A stretch of DNA of 64,000 bases from an uncultured Verrucomicrobiae bacterium (GTDB lineage: Bacteria; Verrucomicrobiota; Verrucomicrobiia; Chthoniobacterales; UBA10450): NCBI GenBank assembly GCA_963801815.1, contig CAWDGJ010000002.1, forward strand, positions 32,001 to 96,000. Direction: 5' to 3'. Position 1 is the stretch's first letter, and each line of letters starts with the position of its first letter. A program made the position numbers and the translations under genes. Below, one piece after another: positions 33,022 through 41,085 of this stretch. Under the pieces are notes generated by a model. It did no database searches. It was not told the origin of the DNA and was given only the letters and a program-made list of their open reading frames with translations.

Positions 33022-34383
33022 GTGCTGAATTATATTTGGCTCGCGCTGGTGTTGCTCGCGGTCGCGATCGGCGGCTGGAATGGTCAGCTCAAGGACGCAA
33101 CCAATGGCGCGCTCGACGGTGCGAAGACGGCGGTGACAATCGCTATCGGCTTGTGGGGAATCATGGCGCTTTGGCTGGGCGTGATGCGATTGGCGGAGCG
33201 CGCAGGTTTGGTTCAGCGCATCGCCTACGGATTACGGCCGTTAATGCTGCGGCTTTTTCCCGAAGTGCCGCCCGATCATCCGGCGATGGGTTCGATGCTG
33301 ATGAACATGGCGGCGAACATGCTCGGACTCGGCAACGCGGCGACACCGCTCGGATTGCGCGCGATGCGCGATTTGGAATCGTTGAACCCGCGCCCAACGG
33401 TCGCTTCAAACGCGATGTGCACGTTTCTCGCGATCAACACAAGTTCGGTGCAATTGATTCCGGCAACGGCGATCGCAATCCTGGCTTCGGCTGGATCGAC
33501 AAGGCCAACTGTGATCGTCGGCACGGCGTTCTTCGCGACGCTGTGTGCAGCAACCGTCGCCGTGCTGTCCGCGAAATTTTTTGAGCGGTTATCGATCTTT
33601 CAGCCACGCCGGGAACGCGCAGATGGGAGGAACATTCGGCAAACGTCGCGGCGCGACGTTCCTACCGAAGGCAAAGACAAGTTCGCGTTCGACGATGATT
33701 CGCTTGGCCAGCCGCCGCTTTCCCGGCCGGCGCCATGGGGAATGGTCGCACTCGTATTGCTCGTCGTTTTCTTCCTGATGTTGTTCGCCCGAATGGTGAT
33801 GCCGGAAGTCTTTCGGCTTCCGTTGCCAGCAGATCAAACGCTGCAAAATCCGTTCGCGCGAATGGTGAACGCGCTATCGATTCTTGCGATCCCATTTTTG
33901 CTAAGCTTTTTCCCGATTTACGCCGCTGCGCGTGGGATCAAGGTTTATGACGAGTTCGTGGAAGGAGCAAAAGAAGCGTTCAACGTCATCCTGCGGATCA
34001 TTCCGTTTTTGGTGACGATGCTGGTGGCGATCGGAATGTTCAAAGGCGCAGGCGGAATCGATTTGCTCACGAAATTGCTCAGCCCAGTCCTGACCCCTTT
34101 GCATTTTCCAACCGATCTGTTGCCGCTCGCGTTGATGCGGCCGTTGAGCGGAAGCGCGACGCTCGCGCTTTTGACTGACATCGTGCATCGGCTTGGCCCG
34201 GACAATATCGTCAGCCTCACGGCAGCGACGATTTACGGCAGTACCGAAACGACCTTCTACGTGGCAGCGGTCTATTTTGGATCAGTCGGGATTAAGCAGA
34301 CGCGCCATGCGATTCCGGCCGGACTGCTGGCCGACTTAACCGGGGTTATTGCCTCGGTAATTATTTGCCGAGCCGTACTCTAA
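33022..34383 (+). CDS. SpmA/SpmB fusion (nucleoside-recognition GATE domain) membrane protein
   Basis: MLNYIW, ANMLGLGNAATPLG, FVEGAKE, MRPLSGS, GSTETTFYV. Confidence 0.9.
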   Translation: MLNYIWLALVLLAVAIGGWNGQLKDATNGALDGAKTAVTIAIGLWGIMALWLGVMRLAERAGLVQRIAYGLRPLMLRLFPEVPPDHPAMGSMLMNMAANMLGLGNAATPLGLRAMRDLESLNPRPTVASNAMCTFLAINTSSVQLIPATAIAILASAGSTRPTVIVGTAFFATLCAATVAVLSAKFFERLSIFQPRRERADGRNIRQTSRRDVPTEGKDKFAFDDDSLGQPPLSRPAPWGMVALVLLVVFFLMLFARMVMPEVFRLPLPADQTLQNPFARMVNALSILAIPFLLSFFPIYAAARGIKVYDEFVEGAKEAFNVILRIIPFLVTMLVAIGMFKGAGGIDLLTKLLSPVLTPLHFPTDLLPLALMRPLSGSATLALLTDIVHRLGPDNIVSLTAATIYGSTETTFYVAAVYFGSVGIKQTRHAIPAGLLADLTGVIASVIICRAVL

Positions 34384-34417
34384 GTCATTCTGAGGCAACG
34401 GGTTCTTCCGGTGACGG

Positions 34418-34446
34418 TTGATCTGAACCTGCGGACTGGATATCAT
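34418..34446 (+). promoter_or_regulatory. Putative sigma70 promoter
   Basis: TTGATC-N17-TATCAT upstream of the oxidoreductase. Confidence 0.5.
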
Positions 34447-34490
34447 TTTTCCTCGCCATAGGGCGACCAAATTCCTTATCGTCCAAGTTT

Positions 34491-35678
34491 TTGCAGATGA
34501 TCCAGCGCGACTATTTAGTTATTGGGACCGGCGTCGGCGGCGCCAGCGCCTGTGAAGGCGTGCGCAAACACGACAAACGCGGCTCAATCACAATCGTCGG
34601 CGCGGAAATCATGCCGACTTATCATCGTTGGATGTTGTCGAAGGATTTTTTGCGCGAGAAAACCGCGCCGTTAAAAAAACTGGGCTACTTCGACCAGCGC
34701 TGGTTCGATTCACACAAGATCGAGACACGTTTCGCGACGATCGTGAAACAATTCAACATCGAGCGCCGGCTCGCGGTGCTTGGCAACGGCGAAAGCATCG
34801 AGTTTAACAAGGCGTGTCTTGCAACGGGCAGCAGACCGGTGCGACCGGCGGTCGCGGGCGTAAATCTCGGAAACGTCATTTATTTGCGAAGTGTCCGCGA
34901 CGCCTTGGCACTGCGGGAAATGGCCGACATTGAAAAAACCGTAATGGTGATCGGCGGCGGCCTGCTGGCGTGTGAAGCGGCGGCCAGTTTGCGAATGATG
35001 AAATTGAAGGTCACCATGATGCATCGCAACGCGTATCTGCTGAACCGTTACCTCGATTCGCAAACCGGTCCGTGGTTGACGGAATATTATGCGAAGCACG
35101 GCGTGACGATGTTAATCGGCGAAAGCTTAAATGGTTTTGAAGGGAAAACGGTGTTGCGAAATATTCAGACCAAGAGCGGCAACCGCGTTCCAGCGGGATT
35201 GGCGGTCGTCTGCTGCGGCGCCGAACCAAACCTCGATCTTGTTCGCAATACGCCTCTCTCCGGCCCACACGGTTCGCCGGTCACGGAATATCTCGAGACC
35301 GAAGAGAAGGGAATTTTTGCGGTAGGCGATCTCGCGTTTTATCCGGACCGGATAATGGGCGGCGTACGCCGGCAGACGCATTGGGAGAACGCTCGCGCGC
35401 AGGGTTTGGTCGCCGGCGCGAACATGAGCGGCAAGAAACGGATTCGTTACGAACAAGCCCCGTATTTTTGGACCGAAATGTTCGATCTCCGCCTGCACTT
35501 TATCGGCGATTTCAGCATGCAGCCGACGCGGGTCGATCTTCGAGGCGCTTACGCAAAGCGAAAATTCATCGCCCGGTACTATCAGGGCGAGAAATTGCGG
35601 GCGATTCTCCTCTGCAATCAAGCCGAACGTGAAGTGGAGTCGGCCAAAAAAGAGCTGCGGCACGCGTTAGGGAAATAG
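34491..35678 (+). CDS. NAD(P)/FAD-dependent oxidoreductase (ferredoxin-reductase-like)
   Basis: IGTGVGG, LATGSRP, VIGGG, IFAVGD, PYFWT. Confidence 0.88.
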   Translation: MQMIQRDYLVIGTGVGGASACEGVRKHDKRGSITIVGAEIMPTYHRWMLSKDFLREKTAPLKKLGYFDQRWFDSHKIETRFATIVKQFNIERRLAVLGNGESIEFNKACLATGSRPVRPAVAGVNLGNVIYLRSVRDALALREMADIEKTVMVIGGGLLACEAAASLRMMKLKVTMMHRNAYLLNRYLDSQTGPWLTEYYAKHGVTMLIGESLNGFEGKTVLRNIQTKSGNRVPAGLAVVCCGAEPNLDLVRNTPLSGPHGSPVTEYLETEEKGIFAVGDLAFYPDRIMGGVRRQTHWENARAQGLVAGANMSGKKRIRYEQAPYFWTEMFDLRLHFIGDFSMQPTRVDLRGAYAKRKFIARYYQGEKLRAILLCNQAEREVESAKKELRHALGK

Positions 35679-35748
35679 CGCGGAAATTGAGATCGATGTC
35701 CCCTCGGTCACCGGGGCATGAACCGTGCTGGTAGGCCTGTCTTGATTC

Positions 35749-35832
35749 ATGTTAACCCTTGCTGCTTTTGGCGTGGTTGTGTGCACGATCCTCTTTTCCG
35801 TTTGGTGGGCTTATTTCGAAGAATCTGACTAG
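35749..35832 (+). CDS. Candidate 27-aa single-TM small protein
   Basis: Manual translation MLTLAAFGVVVCTILFSVWWAYFEESD; ends 11 nt before the next gene. Confidence 0.45.
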   Translation: MLTLAAFGVVVCTILFSVWWAYFEESD

Positions 35833-35843
35833 AAACAACGCGT

Positions 35844-36650
35844 ATGCTCGACCAGGAAGACTTGAAGTGGATCGTCTCGACTTCCACGGAGTTGAACTCG
35901 ATTCTGCAACAGGTTTCGCGTTATAGCGATCTCGCCCGCAGGCATCGCAGCGAACACCATTACATCGATTTACTCGGCGAACGCGTGGAATTGGCCTCCA
36001 AGACAGCACAATCTCTTTTCGACTGCGTGACGTCGAAAATCTTGGCAGGCGCCGCGAAGAAATCTGCCGCCGCCCGAAAGAGCGAGGCCGGTTTTACGAT
36101 TGTGCCTCCGCCGAAGCTGGAGGAAAAACCAGCTCGAAGCCAACGCGGCATTGAAACGAAAAACGGAAATGTCGCAAAGGAGAATAGCGACGTGGGTGCA
36201 ACCGCGGCGGCAATCAGCAGCAACGGCGTTCCGCCCGGGACCAGGCTCAAGAATCCAAACGGGAGTCGCGAATACATTTTGCTCGTCGAAGATGAGCCGG
36301 ACGTCGCGGACGTCGCTTCGGAGATGTTGGCGGAGGAAGGATACAAGGTTGTGCTTGCACACGACGGATTTGAGGCGCTCAAGATTTACGAACAAATGGG
36401 CAAACAAATCGGCCTGGTGATTCTGGATTACTTTCTGCCAGTCATCGATGGCGACGCGGTGTTCGAAGAGCTCCGTTCGATTAATCCGCAAGTGAATGTG
36501 GTATTGAGCAGTGGTTTTGCGGAACAAAGCAAGATCGGTTCGATGCTTGGTCAGGGCCTTCGCGGTTTTATTCCAAAACCCTATAGTCGCGCCAAACTCC
36601 TGGAGCAGGTCCGCTCCACATTGGACGCGGAGCGGCAAGGGCAGCGTTAA
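35844..36650 (+). CDS. Response-regulator receiver protein with a degenerate N-terminal HisKA-like helix pair
   Basis: Receiver motifs ILLVEDE, VILDYFLP, LSSG, FIPKPY; N-terminal STELNSILQQVSRYSDLA. Confidence 0.85.
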   Translation: MLDQEDLKWIVSTSTELNSILQQVSRYSDLARRHRSEHHYIDLLGERVELASKTAQSLFDCVTSKILAGAAKKSAAARKSEAGFTIVPPPKLEEKPARSQRGIETKNGNVAKENSDVGATAAAISSNGVPPGTRLKNPNGSREYILLVEDEPDVADVASEMLAEEGYKVVLAHDGFEALKIYEQMGKQIGLVILDYFLPVIDGDAVFEELRSINPQVNVVLSSGFAEQSKIGSMLGQGLRGFIPKPYSRAKLLEQVRSTLDAERQGQR

Positions 36651-36729
36651 CAGCCGAAAATTGGCGAACGCCACCGGCCGTGAATCCCCACGTCATGGCA
36701 TCAATTTAGCTTCTTGATGCTGGACGCCC

Positions 36730-37812
36730 ATGGCCCGCATTGATGCCTTCTTCAAACTGATGACGGAGCAAAAGGCTTCCGACCTTCATCTCTCGACCAA
36801 CAACCCGCCAATGCTGCGCATCAACGGCGATTTGGTCCGGGTGGACTTTCCCCCACTCAAGAATGACGAACTCAAGGCGATGGTCTACGAGATCGCGCCT
36901 GAAGGAAAGATCAAGGAGTTCGAAGAAACGCTCGACGTCGACTTCGGCTACGAGGTCCCGGACGTGATGCGATATCGCGCCAATTTCTTCCAGCAGAAGT
37001 ATGGCATCTCCGCCGTGTTCCGTTCCATTCCGTCTCAAGTTCTGACCGTCGACGACCTGGGCCTGCCACCGGTCCTGAAGAAATTCCCGATGCTGAAGAA
37101 GGGGCTCGTGCTCGTGACCGGCCCGACCGGCTCCGGCAAATCGACCACGCTGGCCGCGATGATGGATTACGCCAATCTGCAGCGACACGATCACATCATC
37201 ACGGTCGAAGATCCGATCGAATTTGTGCATCGCAGCCAGAACTGTCTCGTTCAACACCGCGAGGTCGGCATGCACACACGTTCCTTTGCCACTGCGCTGC
37301 GCGGGGCGCTGCGCGAGGATCCGGACATCATTCTGGTCGGCGAGATGCGCGATTTGGAAACGATCGAACTGGCGCTAACCGCTGCGGCCACCGGTCACCT
37401 GGTTTTTGGCACACTGCACACGTCCAGCGCGGCCAAATCGGTTGACCGCGTCATCGACGTCTTTCCCACGAGCCAGCAAAACCAAATCCGCACGACACTG
37501 GCCGAGTCGCTCAAAGGCGTGGTCGCGCAAAACCTGTTCAAGCGGATCGACAAGCCCGGCCGAGTGGCTGCGCTCGAAATTCTGGTCGTCGACACGGCCA
37601 TCGCCAACCTCGTCCGCGAAGGCAAAACTCACCAAATCCCCGGCATGATCCAGGTCGGCAAAAAGAAAGGCAACCAGCCGCTGGACGACGCCATCATGGA
37701 GCACTTGCGGCATGCCCGCATTTCTCCGGAAGAAGCTTACGACAAGTGCATCGACAAGAAAAAGTTCCGTCAGTTTCTCAAGGAACCACCAATCGACGGC
37801 ACCGAAGAATAA
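36730..37812 (+). CDS. pilT: Type IV pilus retraction ATPase PilT
   Basis: ASDLHLS, GPTGSGKST, EDPIE, ALREDPD, GEMRD, TLHT. Confidence 0.95.
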   Translation: MARIDAFFKLMTEQKASDLHLSTNNPPMLRINGDLVRVDFPPLKNDELKAMVYEIAPEGKIKEFEETLDVDFGYEVPDVMRYRANFFQQKYGISAVFRSIPSQVLTVDDLGLPPVLKKFPMLKKGLVLVTGPTGSGKSTTLAAMMDYANLQRHDHIITVEDPIEFVHRSQNCLVQHREVGMHTRSFATALRGALREDPDIILVGEMRDLETIELALTAAATGHLVFGTLHTSSAAKSVDRVIDVFPTSQQNQIRTTLAESLKGVVAQNLFKRIDKPGRVAALEILVVDTAIANLVREGKTHQIPGMIQVGKKKGNQPLDDAIMEHLRHARISPEEAYDKCIDKKKFRQFLKEPPIDGTEE

Positions 37813-37821
37813 TATCGACCT

Positions 37822-38988
37822 ATGCGAACACCTGATCTCGACAAAATTCTCTCCGCGATGCTGAAAACTTATAACGGCATCTCCGATTTCAACTTTTCCG
37901 TCGGCCATCCGTTGCAGGTGGAGGACTTCGGCGAACTGAAACCGGTGTTTGTCGATCCTCCGATTGAAGCGCTCACTCCTTATCAAACCGAACAGATCGC
38001 GCTTAGTCTCATGCAGGGAAATCGCCGCCTGATTTACGATTATCTTACCAGCGGGTCGTGCGATTGCAGCTATTCCCTCGGCGAAGAAGCCCGGTTCCGC
38101 GTCAATATTTTCCGGCAGCAGGGTCACTTTTCGATCGTACTCCGCAAACTGCAAAGCGAAGTGCCGACGCTCAAGCAATTGGGGCTGCCGGAAATCTTTT
38201 ACGAAATCGCGAAGGAAAAAACCGGCCTTGTCCTCGTCACGGGCGCGACCGGCAGCGGCAAGACTACGACCCTGGCCGCGATCCTGAATGAGATCAACGA
38301 AACGCAGCCGGTCCACGTCGTTACATTGGAAGATCCGATCGAGTTCGTTCATCCGAAAAAGAAGGCAACCTTCAATCAGCGCGAACTCGGACATGACTTC
38401 AATAATTATCCAAACGGCTTGCGCGCCGCGTTACGTCAGGCACCAAAGGTCATTCTGGTCGGCGAAATGCGCGACCGCGCGACCGTCGAGATCGCGTTGA
38501 TGGCAGCCGAGACCGGCCATTTGGTCTTGAGCACTCTGCACACGGTCGACGCCGGCCAGTCAATCAACCGTATCCTCGGTTTATTTTCGCTGGGCGAAGA
38601 ACAGCAGCTGCGGATTCGTTTGGCCGATTCACTTCGCTACATCGTCAGTCAGCGTCTCGCGCCGAAAGTCGGTGGCGGCCGACAACTTCTCACCGAGATT
38701 ATGGGCCACAATCTGCGGACCCGAGAAGCCGTCGCACTCGGCGAAGGCGAACACCGAAGCTTCTACGAAATCATCGAGGCCAGCTCGCCCTTCGGGTGGA
38801 TGACATTCGACCAATCAATTCTCCGCGCTTACGAAAACGGTTTCATCAGCGAAGAAACGGCGCAACTGTTCGCTTCGCGCAAAGGCCGCATCACCCGTGG
38901 TATCGATTTAATCCAAAAGGCGCGCGGCGTTGACAGCGACCTCGACTCCGGCCTGCGCCTCGACGTACCCGAAAACGCCTTCCGCTAA
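37822..38988 (+). CDS. PilT/PilU-family ATPase (second paralog)
   Basis: GATGSGKTT, EDPIE, ALRQAP, GEMRD, AETGHLVLSTLHT. Confidence 0.92.
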   Translation: MRTPDLDKILSAMLKTYNGISDFNFSVGHPLQVEDFGELKPVFVDPPIEALTPYQTEQIALSLMQGNRRLIYDYLTSGSCDCSYSLGEEARFRVNIFRQQGHFSIVLRKLQSEVPTLKQLGLPEIFYEIAKEKTGLVLVTGATGSGKTTTLAAILNEINETQPVHVVTLEDPIEFVHPKKKATFNQRELGHDFNNYPNGLRAALRQAPKVILVGEMRDRATVEIALMAAETGHLVLSTLHTVDAGQSINRILGLFSLGEEQQLRIRLADSLRYIVSQRLAPKVGGGRQLLTEIMGHNLRTREAVALGEGEHRSFYEIIEASSPFGWMTFDQSILRAYENGFISEETAQLFASRKGRITRGIDLIQKARGVDSDLDSGLRLDVPENAFR

Positions 38989-39470
38989 TGTTTATGTTTT
39001 CAGACCAGGAACAGTCCGAGCCGTCGTTCTTTGACGTCGGCGACAACACCGCGCTCGTCTGCGTCGACCATCAGCAATATCAGAAGGTCGTCGTGCCGCA
39101 GCTAATCGACATGACCTACAAGGTGCATCTCGGTCTGTTCGAAGAAGATGTGCTGCTCAAACTCAAGACCTACAACTACGACTTGGTCGTGGTTTACGAG
39201 AATTTCAAAGGCTCAACCCTGCAGACCAATCCGATCCTGGCGGAATTGTGGCGTCGACCGGACGCCCAGCGGCGCGAGCACTTTGTTGTGTTGCTCAGCC
39301 AGCGCTTGGCCACCAATGACGCCATGAGCGCGTTCGTGCACAGTGTCGATCAAATCATCAACATTACCGACCTGGCGAACTTCAAACCGGTGCTGCGTCG
39401 CGGTGTGACCCAGCATCATGAGCTTTACAATTCCTTCAACGAGATGCTCAAGAGCGTGCAGGCGCTGTGA
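38988..39470 (+). CDS. Hypothetical protein with a receiver-like (beta/alpha)5 pattern
   Basis: TAATG coupling to the pilT paralog; ALVCVD, YKVH, YDLVVVYE, FVVLLS, VDQII. Confidence 0.7.
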   Translation: MFMFSDQEQSEPSFFDVGDNTALVCVDHQQYQKVVVPQLIDMTYKVHLGLFEEDVLLKLKTYNYDLVVVYENFKGSTLQTNPILAELWRRPDAQRREHFVVLLSQRLATNDAMSAFVHSVDQIINITDLANFKPVLRRGVTQHHELYNSFNEMLKSVQAL

Positions 39471-39536
39471 CGCCCCACGCCGTCGGAATCTAAGACCACT
39501 GGAAACACTTGAAGTGGCATTTTTCTGGCTTTGACC

Positions 39537-40943
39537 CTAGCCCGCATCCCGCGCGTACCAATCGACCTTACGCGTCACATACATTACGACCCCGAGCAGG
39601 ATGAACAGCGCGATCGCTCCCATGAGCAGAGCGTAATCTTGCTGTCGCAAAGTGATGTAGAGGAAGGTGTAAATACCGGCCAGACCGGCGCCGATCATTA
39701 ACGTGCGAATGCCGCCGCCCAGGAAGTATCGGCAATACCAGGTGATCAGAATTGTCGATGCCGCAGCCGCGATCAGATAGGCGAGACCGAAGCTGATGAA
39801 TTCGGAGATTGAGAGCAGAAGCAGATAAAACAAACAAAGCGCCGCGCCGACCATGAGGTATTGGAGCGGATGGATTTTTTGCCGAGCGGTCATTTCGAAG
39901 AGGAAAAACGTCGTAAAGACCAGCACGAGAAAGAGCACGCCATATTTGATCGAACGCTCGACGTAGCGATACGAATCCAAGATCGACAAGAACTGCGCGC
40001 CAAACATTGATTGCGAGACCGCTTGGGTCGTGAAGCGCTCGTTGCCTGCCTGGCTTGTCCAATGTTGCGGATAATCGCGGCCGTAATACGAAACTTTCCA
40101 TTTCGCGTCGAATCCGTCCCCGCGCACCGAACGGTCCGCCGGCAGAAACGCGCCGCGAAATCCCGGATCGGGCCAGTTCGATTTCAAATTTGTTTCGTTC
40201 TCAACACCAAACGGCGCGAAAAAGATTCCGCCACTGCCGTTCACGTCGAGCGGAATCGAAAAGTCGACCGGATCAACAATTGGCTTATCGAGAGCAAGCA
40301 CTGCGGTCGCGCCCGTTGTATAACCGGGAACTTGCGAGCCCGGCAACATCGGTCGTTTGGCTCCACTCCAATCGAGCACGAGCGCCTCGCGCGTTCCGCG
40401 AAGGTCGGTCACAGCGATCGCTAGAAGTGCGTCTTTCCATTGCACATCTTTGATGTCGATCTTGAAGTAAGCGAAATCCGGCGGCGCGAACTTACCGGCG
40501 ACAGTTACCTCTGCGCGAAACACAGCCGCGTCATAAATCCCGCGATGCAACATCTGCGTTTGCACATCCCCCGTGACATTCAGCGATTCCGGCAGGAAAT
40601 AAGCCCAAGCCAGGGCAGTCTCTTCCACCTCGCGCTTTTCAATTTTCCCTTTCTTGTCCGGAAGCTCCTTCGTCGTTTTGAAATGATACTGATACGGAAT
40701 CATGAGCACGGGTCCGATGATGTTCTGCTCCCTTCCCCACGCCGAAGTGATGTCGGCGACGGCTTCATTCCGCCGGTTCAATCGGTCGGACAACACGCCG
40801 GTGATCATTCCGAGCGGAATCAGGAGCAAGAGAATCAAAACGCCGACCCCAATCAGTTTGATGATCGTGCGGTAACGCTTTCCAAACGAAGGCTGCGATT
40901 TCGGCAGCTGCGGCGGCGCGACTGGCGGCGTTGTATCGGGCAT
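39537..40943 (-). CDS. creD: Cell envelope integrity protein CreD
   Basis: LLIPL, GPVLMIPY, RGIY, NWPDPGFRGAFLP, ERSIKYG, HPLQYLMVG, LLLLSISE. Confidence 0.92.
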   Translation of the reverse strand: MPDTTPPVAPPQLPKSQPSFGKRYRTIIKLIGVGVLILLLLIPLGMITGVLSDRLNRRNEAVADITSAWGREQNIIGPVLMIPYQYHFKTTKELPDKKGKIEKREVEETALAWAYFLPESLNVTGDVQTQMLHRGIYDAAVFRAEVTVAGKFAPPDFAYFKIDIKDVQWKDALLAIAVTDLRGTREALVLDWSGAKRPMLPGSQVPGYTTGATAVLALDKPIVDPVDFSIPLDVNGSGGIFFAPFGVENETNLKSNWPDPGFRGAFLPADRSVRGDGFDAKWKVSYYGRDYPQHWTSQAGNERFTTQAVSQSMFGAQFLSILDSYRYVERSIKYGVLFLVLVFTTFFLFEMTARQKIHPLQYLMVGAALCLFYLLLLSISEFISFGLAYLIAAAASTILITWYCRYFLGGGIRTLMIGAGLAGIYTFLYITLRQQDYALLMGAIALFILLGVVMYVTRKVDWYARDAG

Positions 40944-41031
40944 AAGGTAAAGGGTTCTGTGAGGATACGGACCCGAGGTGAAAATCTTTCACCCTGACGA
41001 CGGGAAAATTCTTGCGGGCGGGTCAACTTTG

Positions 41032-41063
41032 CTGAATCCAAAAACACTGCCTGCCGCATCTCA
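41032..41063 (+). promoter_or_regulatory. Second copy of the ECF-type promoter CTGAATCCAAAA-N12-GCATCTCA
   Basis: Same boxes and spacing as 15966-15997; 22 nt before the ADOP ATG. Confidence 0.7.
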
Positions 41064-41085
41064 AGGCAAACAACCCGAGGTTCTC

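Noticed and set aside
36681..36703. TGAATCC...GCATC upstream of pilT as a third ECF promoter
   Set aside because: Spacer is 10 nt, not 16.
40978..41085. ORF-track N-terminal extension of the ADOP permease
   Set aside because: The family-typical start MIQDFKFA is at 41086, and the extension covers the promoter motif.
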